Shown here in pieces: positions 1-8,004 of a stretch of 33,264 nt of DNA. Both the position numbers and the translations under genes were made by a program. The stretch's first letter is position 1; the number at the start of each line of letters is the position of its first letter. The DNA is from Pirellulales bacterium. Its GTDB lineage: Bacteria; Planctomycetota; Planctomycetia; Pirellulales; JAICIG01. Location of the stretch: assembly GCA_035606815.1 (NCBI GenBank), contig DATNEC010000629.1, positions 1 to 33,264 of the forward strand. Direction: 5' to 3'. The notes below the pieces were generated by a model. It searched no databases. It worked only from the letters and a program-made list of their open reading frames with translations, and was not told the origin of the DNA.

Positions 1-62
1 CCTGCCGAAGCAAAGACGCCGCAGGCGCTCAGCGCCAGGATTCGCACATACTTGGTTCTCAT
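1..62 (-). CDS. 5' end of a CDS running off the left edge; lipoprotein-type signal peptide
   Basis: The reverse complement of 1..62 reads MRTKYVRILALSACGVFASAG: basic n-region, hydrophobic core, L-S-A-C lipobox. GGAGGA (75..70) lies 7 nt upstream of the ATG (62..60). Absent from the ORF track because the window edge truncates it. Confidence 0.45.
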   Translation of the reverse strand, partial: MRTKYVRILALSACGVFASA

Positions 63-144
63 GACAGCTTCCTCCAACGGCTAGGCGGTAGGGCGCACCG
101 AAACAGGCGGATTGCCTATCTTTGTTCTTCCCCGCTCTGAGGGC

Positions 145-175
145 ATTATACGCAGCAACCGGCGTACCGGTTCAA
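145..175 (-). promoter_or_regulatory. candidate sigma70-like promoter for the gene starting at 62
   Basis: On the minus strand: TTGAAC (175..170), a 19-nt spacer, then a perfect TATAAT (150..145), about 85 nt upstream of the ATG at 62. The spacer contains the palindrome AACCGG-CGTA-CCGGTT (157..172). The spacing is longer than optimal and planctomycete promoter rules are poorly known. Confidence 0.25.
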
Positions 176-289
176 CCCTATTCTGCCATCAAAGCCATAA
201 CTCTCCTAATGGTCTTAGTTAAGCGAAGACGCCGCAAGTTACACTTCCGCGAGGCAAGGCGCCTATTGCTCCGAAAAAGCGCGCTAAAG

Positions 290-937
290 TCATCCAGTTC
301 CGTGCAAATCTGCTGCGGCGGCGCCCGGCGCGAACCGGGCTTCGAACGCCAGACTCTTCAGGAATTTCTGCCCGGCGATGTATTCGTCCGGCTTCCAGGC
401 GAACAGCGTCGCCTTCAACTGGGCATGCATCTCGTCGACTGCGGCCACGATGGCGTGATAATTCGGCGTGCCCAGGCCGGAGTCGTAAGCATGGATCGTC
501 CGGTCGGCGAACAATCGCTCCAGCTTGGCTCTCGATTCGGCGAATTGGTCTCCGCGCAAAATGCCAGGCCATATCAACTTACCGCTAGCCGCGTCGATTT
601 GATCCCCTTCCAGGCGCTCGGGGGTCCGCTGTTGGTTGAAGGCCGACAGTTCTTCAGGAGTCGGCGGCGGCCGGCGCGTCTCGGCCCGATACGAAGCGTT
701 CATCCGCCTCATTTCGAAATAGGTCGCCGTGCGGTTCCGCTGATTGGCGAGCCGCGCAGAGTAGGCCGGCTTATAGTTGCCGGCCGCCTGGGGGACGTCG
801 AGATTGGACCGGCCCGGCGCTGCGGCGAGCGTCCCTTGGCCCGCAAGAAAGCTGCCGCCGTACTGCGCATGGACCGTCGAAACGTCCCAAAATAAGACTG
901 CGAGTGAGACGATGGCCGTCAGCCTTAAGACCTTCAT
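290..937 (-). CDS. secreted hypothetical protein (215 aa)
   Basis: ORF 290..979; I prefer the internal ATG at 937, giving MKVLRLTAIVSLAVLFWDVSTVHA-Q as a signal peptide with a VHA-Q cleavage site. GGAGGGAG lies a few nt upstream of this ATG. I recognise no family. Confidence 0.7.
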   Translation of the reverse strand: MKVLRLTAIVSLAVLFWDVSTVHAQYGGSFLAGQGTLAAAPGRSNLDVPQAAGNYKPAYSARLANQRNRTATYFEMRRMNASYRAETRRPPPTPEELSAFNQQRTPERLEGDQIDAASGKLIWPGILRGDQFAESRAKLERLFADRTIHAYDSGLGTPNYHAIVAAVDEMHAQLKATLFAWKPDEYIAGQKFLKSLAFEARFAPGAAAADLHGTG

Positions 938-1640
938 GGCTCGCTCCCTCCCTGAACGAAGGCCGCCCGTGCTTCGCACGAAGCTGTCTTGTTATTTCTA
1001 CGCGAAGCACGTGCCGTTCGGCGGCGAGTCGTTCGAGAAAAGATCCCCCGCTGGCGAAGGGCCGCCCTTTCCTGGACAAAGTAGCGGTTCGTGCGGCTGA
1101 TTCTGACGGTGGCCCCGATGCTGCCGCGGCGGAGATTCCGGCGCAGTTGGGCGGCTTGACTTGTCGCGCAAGCCGGCCACGCGGTAATGTCGAGCGGCGG
1201 CGCAAATGCTGGGCGGCAAGCGCGGGAACGGACGGAAAATCATGATTTATACGCCTCCTCCGAGACATAAATCGTCAAGTGCGGCGAATCATGCTCCCGC
1301 CCGGCAATTACGCACTTTCGCCACGGCCGCCGCGGCGGCGGTTTTTATAATTCAGGCCCGAAATGGGCCGGTATTGGGCGCCAACCAGCCCCGAAGCGCC
1401 CCCTTTTTTACGTGTCGCGGCGGACCGGCTCGCCGCAAATGCCTGGAATTCTCGGCAAACGCCGCAATGGACCGGCCTCCGAAATGAAAAAACGCGCGGC
1501 GATATAAATGAATCCGCCGAAATATAAATCATGCGAAGGCCGTTTTGGGTCATGTAGAGCCGGCGCGGCCCGCGATGAACTGACCAAAAGGCCGTCCTAA
1601 GAGCTTCTAACAAAATGCACTCCAATCTGGCTCCCGCAAT

Positions 1641-1890
1641 TCTTCGACCCCGAAGGGGTCATATTCGTCAGCCCAGGGCGCAGCCCTGGGAAATCGCACC
1701 ACGTAAATCCGTCGTCGACCCCAACGGGGTCGCACGGCGCCATGCCACGCCTTTCGTCATCCAGTGCTCGTTGCATCGGTGCAGTCTCTCCGCCGGTCAC
1801 GCCCCGTTGGGGCTTCAATTTGATCGTGGCGGTCCCAATTCCCAGGGCTGCGCCCTGGGCTATCGAATGCGACCCCTTTGGGGTCAAATC
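1641..1890. repeat. inverted pair of ~90-nt multi-hairpin repeat units (REP/MITE-like)
   Basis: Unit A hairpins: GACCCCGAAGGGGTC (1646..1660), CCCAGGGCGCAGCCCTGGG (1672..1690), CGACCCCAACGGGGTCG (1716..1732). Unit B carries the same three in reverse order and orientation: GCCCCGTTGGGGC (1801..1813), CCCAGGGCTGCGCCCTGGG (1841..1859), GACCCCTTTGGGGTC (1871..1885). A 23-nt exact inverted match links 1670..1692 and 1839..1861. Confidence 0.75.
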
Positions 1891-2020
1891 AACTGCGAAC
1901 GAGTTTCCAACAGTATCGGTCCCCAAAGTTTGCTAGCGTTGCCGCCGCATTGAGTTAGGCGTCCTACGGCAACTCCGACGGTTCCCCACACAGGACTAAC
2001 CTCCCGGCGGCCGTGGCGGT

Positions 2021-3703
2021 ATGATGCTCGGGCCGCCGCCCGCACGCCTGGAAGAGAGTTTCCGCCCCATGCCGCCTCGCCCGCTTGGCCCTTCGGAAAG
2101 CTTGAGCGATCTGGTCCTCCGTCATGCCGAGTTCGAGGCCGAAATCGCGACCGGCGGCGGACAACCGGCCATCGAAAGACAGCACGCCAAAGGTCGCCTG
2201 ACCGCCCGCGAGCGAATCGCACGGCTGCTCGACCCCGACACGCCGTTCTTCGAGATCGGATTGTGGGCGGCCTGGCAGATGTACTCCGAATGGGGCGGGG
2301 CGCCGGCGGCGGGCGTCGTATGCGGCGTCGGCACGATTGCCGGGCGGCGGCAAATGATCATCGCCAACGACGCCACGGTCAAAGCCGGCGCCTTCTTTCC
2401 GGCCACCGCCAAGAAAGTGCTGCGAGCGCAACGCTTCGCCTTTCAGAACCGGTTGCCGCTGGTTTATCTCGTCGATTCGGCCGGCGTGTTTCTGCCGCTG
2501 CAAGAAGACGTCTTTCCGGACGAAGACGATTTCGGCCGCATCTTCCGCAACAATGCGGTGATCTCGGCGGCCGGCATCGGACAGGTGGCCGCGATCATGG
2601 GCAATTGCGTCGCCGGCGGCGGCTATCTGCCGGTGCTGTGCGACAAACTGCTGATGACCGACGGCTCGGGGCTTTACCTGGCCGGCCCGGCGCTGGTCAA
2701 AAGCGCCATTGGCCAGGAAGTCTCCAGCGAAGAGTTGGGCGGCGCCGAGATGCACGCCCAAGTCAGCGGCACGATCGACTACCGCGATCCGACGGACGAA
2801 GCCTGCCTCGACCGCCTGCGGCATTTGGCGGCGCTGGTCGCACCCGATCCGCCGTCGCCCTCGCCGCCGTTCGTCCGGCACGCGGTCGTCGAACCGGCGC
2901 AGCCGGCGAGCGAGATCGTCCGCATCCTTGGCTCGAACCCGAGGCGAGACTACGAGGTGCGCGACGTGCTCGCCTGCATTCTCGATGCCGGCAGCTTCGA
3001 CGAATACAAGGCGGAGTACGGCCAATCGGTGGTTTGCGGCACGGCCCGGCTGGGCGGGTTCCCGATCGGCGTCGTCGCCAACCAGCACCATCAAGTCCGG
3101 CCGTCCGAGGGTCCAGTGCAGTTCGGCGGCGTGCTGTATGTGGACAGCGCCGAAAAAGCCGCGCGGTTCGTGATGAACTGCAACCAAGATTGGCTGCCGA
3201 TCGTGTTTCTGCAAGATGTGAACGGGTTCATGGTCGGCCGCGACAGCGAGCGCGCGGGCATCATCAAGGCCGGGGCCAAGCTGGTCAACGCGATCAGCAA
3301 CAGCCGCGTGCCGAAATTGACGGTGCTCGTCGGCGGTTCCTACGGCGCCGGCAACTATGCCCTGTGCGGCAAGGCCTTCGATCCTCGATTGATTCTCGCC
3401 TGGCCTTCGGCACGCTGCGCCGTGATGGGCGCCGAGCAGGCCACTTCGACGTTGCTCGAGATCACGATCAAGAGCCTCGAGCGCCAAGGGCAAGCGGTCG
3501 ACGCCGAGGAATTGACCCGGCTGCGCGAGCAGGTCCGCGGCGATTACGAACGACAGACCGACGTGCGCTATGCGGCGGCCCGCGGCTGGGTCGACAAGAT
3601 CATCGACCCCGCGAGAACGCGCGACGAATTGATTTTCGCCTTGGAGTTGGCCACGCGGCATGCCGAGCGCGAGCCGTTTCGCCTGGGCGTGTTTCAGGTG
3701 TGA
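2021..3703 (+). CDS. acyl-CoA carboxylase carboxyltransferase (beta) subunit, methylcrotonyl-CoA carboxylase-beta-like
   Basis: Family-typical blocks: GKLTARERIARLLDP, IIANDATVKAGAFFP, KKVLRAQRFAFQNRLPLVYLVDSAGVFLPLQEDVFPDEDDFGRIF, GNCVAGGGYLP, LAGPALVKSAIGQEVSSEELGGAEMH, and a second CT domain with PIVFLQDVNGFMVG and VGGSYGAGNYA. An alternative start at ATG 2069 gives a more typical N-terminal length. No biotin carboxylase or BCCP gene is in the window. Confidence 0.9.
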   Translation: MMLGPPPARLEESFRPMPPRPLGPSESLSDLVLRHAEFEAEIATGGGQPAIERQHAKGRLTARERIARLLDPDTPFFEIGLWAAWQMYSEWGGAPAAGVVCGVGTIAGRRQMIIANDATVKAGAFFPATAKKVLRAQRFAFQNRLPLVYLVDSAGVFLPLQEDVFPDEDDFGRIFRNNAVISAAGIGQVAAIMGNCVAGGGYLPVLCDKLLMTDGSGLYLAGPALVKSAIGQEVSSEELGGAEMHAQVSGTIDYRDPTDEACLDRLRHLAALVAPDPPSPSPPFVRHAVVEPAQPASEIVRILGSNPRRDYEVRDVLACILDAGSFDEYKAEYGQSVVCGTARLGGFPIGVVANQHHQVRPSEGPVQFGGVLYVDSAEKAARFVMNCNQDWLPIVFLQDVNGFMVGRDSERAGIIKAGAKLVNAISNSRVPKLTVLVGGSYGAGNYALCGKAFDPRLILAWPSARCAVMGAEQATSTLLEITIKSLERQGQAVDAEELTRLREQVRGDYERQTDVRYAAARGWVDKIIDPARTRDELIFALELATRHAEREPFRLGVFQV

Positions 3704-3739
3704 GGAGGGGGCCGGTGGTTGGTGGTGGGCGCGGAAGCT

Positions 3740-3894
3740 CCCTCTCCCTTCGGGAGAGGGTTGGGGTGAGGGCGGTTACAACTCTCCGCTGCAAGACGGT
3801 CGTGGCGAGACGGCAACCTCTTGTCCAGCCTCTCGCGCTGTGGCGAATTGCGCCGTAGCGCCCTCACCCTGCCCTCTCCCAAAGGGAGAGGGTT
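3740..3894. repeat. inverted pair of CCCTCTCCC...GGGAGAGGG hairpin repeats between convergent genes (REP-like, possible bidirectional terminator)
   Basis: 3740..3774 is CCCTCTCCCTTCGGGAGAGGGTTGGGGTGAGGGCG. 3859..3894 is CGCCCTCACCCTGCCCTCTCCCAAAGGGAGAGGGTT, its near-identical reverse complement. Each copy has its own 9-bp stem. The pair sits between the stop at 3703 (+) and the stop at 3913 (-). Confidence 0.75.
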
Positions 3895-3912
3895 CGTTCC
3901 GCCGGCGCCCGC

Positions 3913-4671
3913 TTACGTCAGATCCCGATACTCGCGGCGTTCGAAGATCCACATCGCCAGCAGCAGCGCGCCCAGCGCGACGCCGGCGAGCGCCCAACCG
4001 GCGGCCGACGACGAAAGCGGCTCGAAGCCCTCGGGCCGCTCCAGCCCTTCGCTCGCCCCGGCGGCGTACATCAACGAACGGCCGTAGTAGTTCACGGCGA
4101 CTCGCTTGATGACGCCGGGCATATTGCCCAACAGCAATTCCATGAAAATCGCATAAACCAGCGCCACGATCGTCGAGTGCCGCAAGGCCGCGGCGAACAG
4201 GTGAAACAAGCCGACATAGGCCAGCGTCATTCCCAAGACGGTCGGCAGATAAAGCTGGTAGGCCAGCGCGCCCGGCTGCCCGGCCAACGAGCAATAGATG
4301 AAGAACACGCCCGACACCAGGCCGATCGTCAACGGCAGAGTCGCCGCGAACTTGGCCAGCAAGATCAGCGGGCGCGGGATCGGCCGCACCAGCACGAACA
4401 GCAGCGTGTGGTCCTCTCGATCTCCGCCGATGCTCGCCGTGCCGTAGGCCAACGCGCAGATCGGAACCATGAACGAGGCGAAGATCGGAATCAGGAAATT
4501 ACTGTACATGCCGAACGCGGCTTCGACGTCCTCCATGCGATCGTAGCGCCGCCGCAGCAAGAAGAGCGCGCCGCCGGAGAGCGGAAACAAGATCATCAGC
4601 GTGCTGGCCGACCACAGCAGCCGCCGAAAGGAGAGCCAGACGAGCGTCAGCCAGGCGCGCCAGAGTCTCAT
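3913..4671 (-). CDS. ABC-2 type transporter permease (252 aa)
   Basis: This is the C-terminal part of track ORF 3913..5520. It starts at MRLWRAWLTLVWLSF and has about six hydrophobic segments. ATG (4671..4669) overlaps the upstream ATPase stop (4670..4668) as ATGA. The upstream 283 codons of the track ORF are an off-frame shadow of the ATPase gene. Confidence 0.8.
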   Translation of the reverse strand: MRLWRAWLTLVWLSFRRLLWSASTLMILFPLSGGALFLLRRRYDRMEDVEAAFGMYSNFLIPIFASFMVPICALAYGTASIGGDREDHTLLFVLVRPIPRPLILLAKFAATLPLTIGLVSGVFFIYCSLAGQPGALAYQLYLPTVLGMTLAYVGLFHLFAAALRHSTIVALVYAIFMELLLGNMPGVIKRVAVNYYGRSLMYAAGASEGLERPEGFEPLSSSAAGWALAGVALGALLLAMWIFERREYRDLT

Positions 4672-5585
4672 GGCGAGTTCCCTTCGAGATAGCCGAACAC
4701 GGCGTCGGCGCCGGCGTCGAGCGTTTGCAGCCGCCGCACTTCCAGCGCGTGCCGCACGACCAAATCGCCCAGCGACGCGAAGAACCTCGCCGGCGAGGTA
4801 GTACGCACCACCAGCACGGAATCGCGCAGCTCGATGCTCCGCACCTCGGGCAGCTCGGCCAGCAACGACGCCAGGCGCCGCGGCGGCTCGACGACGATTT
4901 CGACCGTCAGCGGCTGATCGTCCAGCAGTTCGCGGATTTCGGCCAACGTGCCCGAGGCCATGATCCTTCCGCGAGAAATCATCACCACGGTATCCGCCAG
5001 GTGTTCGATCTCCAGCAGGATATGGCTTGAAACCAAGATCGTCTTGCCTTGCTCGGCCAAGCGCGCGAGTAGATCGTTGATCTCTCGCCGGCCGCCGGGG
5101 TCGATGCCGCTCAAGGGTTCGTCCAGCAGCAAGATCGGCGGATCGTGGACCAGGGCCTGCGCCAGCTTGATCCGCTGCCTCATGCCGTGGCTGCAACCGG
5201 CCATCCGCCGCTCGGCGCGCGAGGTCATGCCGACTTCGGCCAGCGCTCGCTCGGTCCGCTCGCGGGCCTCGGCCCGGCGGTAGCCATATAGACGGGTCAT
5301 GGCATATACGAATTCGCGGCCCGTCATTTCCTCGTAGAAATTGTTGATGTCGGGGCTGTAGCCGAACTCGCGCTTGGCGGCCGTCGACCAGGCGGAATGC
5401 GGCCCGATGCGCACTTCGCCCAGGCTGGGGCGCAACTGACCGCTGGCCAGCTTGATGAGCGTCGACTTGCCCGCCCCATTGGCGCCCAACAGCCCGGTGA
5501 TGCCGGGGCCGATGCGGCAACTGATGTCGTTGACGCCGATCACCGGGCCGTAGAATTTCGTCACGCGGTCGAAGGAAAGTTGCAT
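4668..5585 (-). CDS. ABC transporter ATP-binding protein (ABC-2 subfamily)
   Basis: Walker A GANGAGKST, signature-like SHGMRQRIKLAQAL, Walker B ILLLDEPLSGID, H-loop VSSH. A typical N-terminus MQLSFDRVTKFYG. Confidence 0.95.
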   Translation of the reverse strand: MQLSFDRVTKFYGPVIGVNDISCRIGPGITGLLGANGAGKSTLIKLASGQLRPSLGEVRIGPHSAWSTAAKREFGYSPDINNFYEEMTGREFVYAMTRLYGYRRAEARERTERALAEVGMTSRAERRMAGCSHGMRQRIKLAQALVHDPPILLLDEPLSGIDPGGRREINDLLARLAEQGKTILVSSHILLEIEHLADTVVMISRGRIMASGTLAEIRELLDDQPLTVEIVVEPPRRLASLLAELPEVRSIELRDSVLVVRTTSPARFFASLGDLVVRHALEVRRLQTLDAGADAVFGYLEGNSP

Positions 5586-5618
5586 CGATACGACACGAGT
5601 TTCAAAGAAGCGATTTTA

Positions 5619-5714
5619 GCCACGGATGAAACACGGATTGAACACGGATGAAATACACAGTTGAAAAGACGCCTTGCCAAAAAATCCGTGTTTTATCCGT
5701 GTTTCATCCGTGGC
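5619..5714. repeat. 31-bp-stem imperfect hairpin built from tandem ACACGGAT(GAA) units, inside an operon spacer
   Basis: Left arm 5619..5649 is GCCACGGATGAAACACGGATTGAACACGGAT. Right arm 5684..5714 is ATCCGTGTTTTATCCGTGTTTCATCCGTGGC. There are 2 mismatches in 31 and a 34-nt loop. It lies in the 142-nt gap between permease 5728..6618 and ATPase 4668..5585. Confidence 0.8.
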
Positions 5715-5727
5715 TCCTTTCGCGAAA

Positions 5728-6618
5728 TCATTCCACGACTTCGACCGCGCGCACGCGCCGCACGAGCGCCAGCACGGCGATCGTGCATGCGACGGCCAAA
5801 ATTGCCGCGGCCCACGGCGCCAACCGCTCGTCTTCGCTCGGCCTCAATCCGCCGAACCGCCAGCGGCCGGCATAGTGGATGTCGCGCCAGGGATCGATCA
5901 GATTCCAATAATCGTTGTGCGTCTCCTTGACCAACAGTTGACGCAGCGGCTTGGGCAGCACGAACAAGCTCGACCAGGTGATGGCGATCGGCGCCGTCCG
6001 CTGCAAATAGGCCGAGAGCGCAACCACCAGGATGCTCAACGAGGCGGCCAATACGAGGCCATACAAAAGAATCGCGGCGACCGCTCGCCAGTTGTCGATC
6101 CAATATCTTAGCGAAGGGCTGAACATGCCGTACTCGAAATACAGCAGCAAGGCTGGCACGGTCGTCAATAGAGAAACGATCACCCCTACGGCCAGCAGCT
6201 TGCCCACAATGTAGTGCCGCCGGTCGATGCGGCGCGACAAATAGAACGGCAGCGCATTCAAGCGGAAGTCGCTGCCTACCAGCAAGCTGCCCGAGAAGGC
6301 CAGCAAGATCATCACGGCCACGCTTTGCCGCTCCATGAAGGCCAGATAACCGGTCTGCAAGCCGTTCTTCGGCGCGGCGTCGAAGCCGATCTGTTCGAGC
6401 ATCGCGCCGCGGATCTCGGGAACTTGGCCCGCTTGCGTGATCCCGTAAATCCAGATCCAATCGAAGAGAAAGTGGCCCAAGCCGAGGGCCAGCACCAGCC
6501 AATAGGCCTTGCGGCGGAAAACCTGCACCAGCGCCACGCGAACGATTGCCAGCGACGCCAGCCACGGCGAACGCAGCGAACCCTGCCAGCCGTGGTAATG
6601 GGCGATGTCGATGGACAT
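5728..6618 (-). CDS. ABC-2 family permease-like polytopic membrane protein (296 aa)
   Basis: About six hydrophobic segments. It is co-directional with, and immediately upstream of, the ATPase/permease pair. The N-terminus MSIDIAHYHGWQGSLRSPW resembles ABC-2 permease families as I recall them. Confidence 0.75.
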   Translation of the reverse strand: MSIDIAHYHGWQGSLRSPWLASLAIVRVALVQVFRRKAYWLVLALGLGHFLFDWIWIYGITQAGQVPEIRGAMLEQIGFDAAPKNGLQTGYLAFMERQSVAVMILLAFSGSLLVGSDFRLNALPFYLSRRIDRRHYIVGKLLAVGVIVSLLTTVPALLLYFEYGMFSPSLRYWIDNWRAVAAILLYGLVLAASLSILVVALSAYLQRTAPIAITWSSLFVLPKPLRQLLVKETHNDYWNLIDPWRDIHYAGRWRFGGLRPSEDERLAPWAAAILAVACTIAVLALVRRVRAVEVVE

Positions 6619-6638
6619 AGACTTGGGGCGGCAAGCGG

Positions 6639-7631
6639 CTACGGAGTCAGCACGATTTTTCCGGCCAGCGTGCCGGCCTTTTGCAGCGTGTTTTCTTCCT
6701 GCAGGCGGTGGGCGTCGGCCGCCTGCGCCAGCGGCAGCACGCGGTCGATGCGCGGCTTCAATTGTCCGGATGCCAGCCAGCGATTGATGTCCGATGCACT
6801 AGCGCGCTGCTCGTCGGGCGTGGCGTTGAACATCGCGAAGCCGAACAGCGAGCAATCCTTGACGTAGAACGGGCCGACCGGAAACAGCGGGCGGGCCTCG
6901 CGCCCGGCCATCACGATCATCCGCCCTCGCGGCGCCAACAGCGGCACGGTCCGCTCGAAGTTCGGCTCGCGCAGCGTCTCCCACCAGACGTTGACTCCGC
7001 CGGGCACGAAATGGCGGATCGCCGCGTCGACGTCGTCCGTGCGGTAGTTCAGCGCCATGTCGGCGCCCAAGGCGCGGCAGACCTCGACTTTCTCGTTCGA
7101 GCCGGCCGTAGTCACGGCGCGGGCGCCGATCGCCTTGGCCATCTGCACGACCGTCGAACCGACGCCCCCGCTGCCGCCGTTGACGAACAGCGTTTCGCCC
7201 GCGGCCAGCTTGGCGAATCGCACCAGTCCCAGGTGTGCGGTAATTCCGACCAACGCGCCGGCGGCGGCCTGCTGATCGCTGACCCCGTCGGGCGTCGGAT
7301 AGAGCCAGGCTTCGTCGACCGCGGCGAACTCGGCGAACGTCCCCTGCCGGCCCATCAAGCCCTGGTTGCTGCCCCAGACGCGCGTTCCCGGCTTGAGCCG
7401 CTGGACCTCCGGGCCGCAGCGCTCGACCACGCCAGCCAGATCGCAGCCGACGATAAACGGCAGCGGCAGTTCCATCTTCACCGCCCCGCTGCGCAGGTAG
7501 GTATCGATCGGGTTCACCGCCACCGCCGTGACTCGCACCAAGACCTGGGCGCCGGTCGGCTCAGGGGTCGGCAAATCGCCGAACGTAATGTTTTCCGGCG
7601 GTCCTACTTGCTTGATATAGGCGGCTTTCAT
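6639..7631 (-). CDS. qor: NADPH:quinone oxidoreductase / zeta-crystallin-like MDR oxidoreductase
   Basis: MDR-family layout: N-terminal GroES-like part (VLVRVTAVAVNPIDTYLRSG, GCDLAGVV) and a Rossmann motif (GETLFVNGGSGGVGSTVVQMAKAIGA). No structural-zinc Cys cluster. Ends 20 nt before the start of permease 5728..6618. Confidence 0.9.
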   Translation of the reverse strand: MKAAYIKQVGPPENITFGDLPTPEPTGAQVLVRVTAVAVNPIDTYLRSGAVKMELPLPFIVGCDLAGVVERCGPEVQRLKPGTRVWGSNQGLMGRQGTFAEFAAVDEAWLYPTPDGVSDQQAAAGALVGITAHLGLVRFAKLAAGETLFVNGGSGGVGSTVVQMAKAIGARAVTTAGSNEKVEVCRALGADMALNYRTDDVDAAIRHFVPGGVNVWWETLREPNFERTVPLLAPRGRMIVMAGREARPLFPVGPFYVKDCSLFGFAMFNATPDEQRASASDINRWLASGQLKPRIDRVLPLAQAADAHRLQEENTLQKAGTLAGKIVLTP

Positions 7632-8004
7632 CGGTGCGTCCCCTGCACTTCCCTAGATGTCGGTTTGGTCCTTCCGCGCCCATAACGTAGAGAGCGCCGG
7701 TCTTGCCCGGCGGCGGGGCGCGACGTCCGATTATGTTGCTTTGCGAACCGTGCCGCAAGTTGCCGCGCGGAGGCAAAGCCGTGGCGAACCACGGATGGCA
7801 CGGGCGCCACGGATTGCAGAGCATCCGCGCCTTCGGTGAAATCAGTGTTTTCGCGGGCGACGAAGGCCGGCCGGTAGTCGGCTGGAAAAGCCTCTTGGCG
7901 GGGAGTTATACTACGCCGGTCCTGCCGGTCCCGGTTACGATCGAGATGGATCGCGCCCTAGGGCGACGATCGGCGGCTCTGTCTCGATGCGTTGGCAAGA
8001 AGAC

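Noticed and set aside
998-1243. 81-aa minus-strand ORF with a strong GGAGGAGG 10 nt upstream of its ATG
   Set aside because: The product is Pro/Arg-rich low complexity with weaker third-position GC bias than neighbouring genes. It is possibly real, but I cannot support it. Ribosome profiling or conservation would decide.
1455-1487. Short reading ANAAMDRPPK-stop, reminiscent of a tmRNA tag start (A-N-..)
   Set aside because: There is no tRNA-like acceptor/T-arm (no GGTTCGA-type sequence, no CCA-end context) nearby, and the peptide lacks the hydrophobic ..LAA-type ending.
1964-3661. 565-aa ORF antisense to the acyl-CoA carboxylase beta gene
   Set aside because: Arg/Ala/Gly-rich with no recognisable motif. 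The + strand frame has unambiguous carboxyltransferase blocks. This is a typical high-GC shadow ORF.
4672-5520. N-terminal 283 codons of track ORF 3913..5520, and likewise 28460..29428 of ORF 27449..29428
   Set aside because: These parts overlap the ABC ATPase genes out of frame and are Arg-rich. The permeases begin at internal ATGs that form ATGA overlaps with the ATPase stops.
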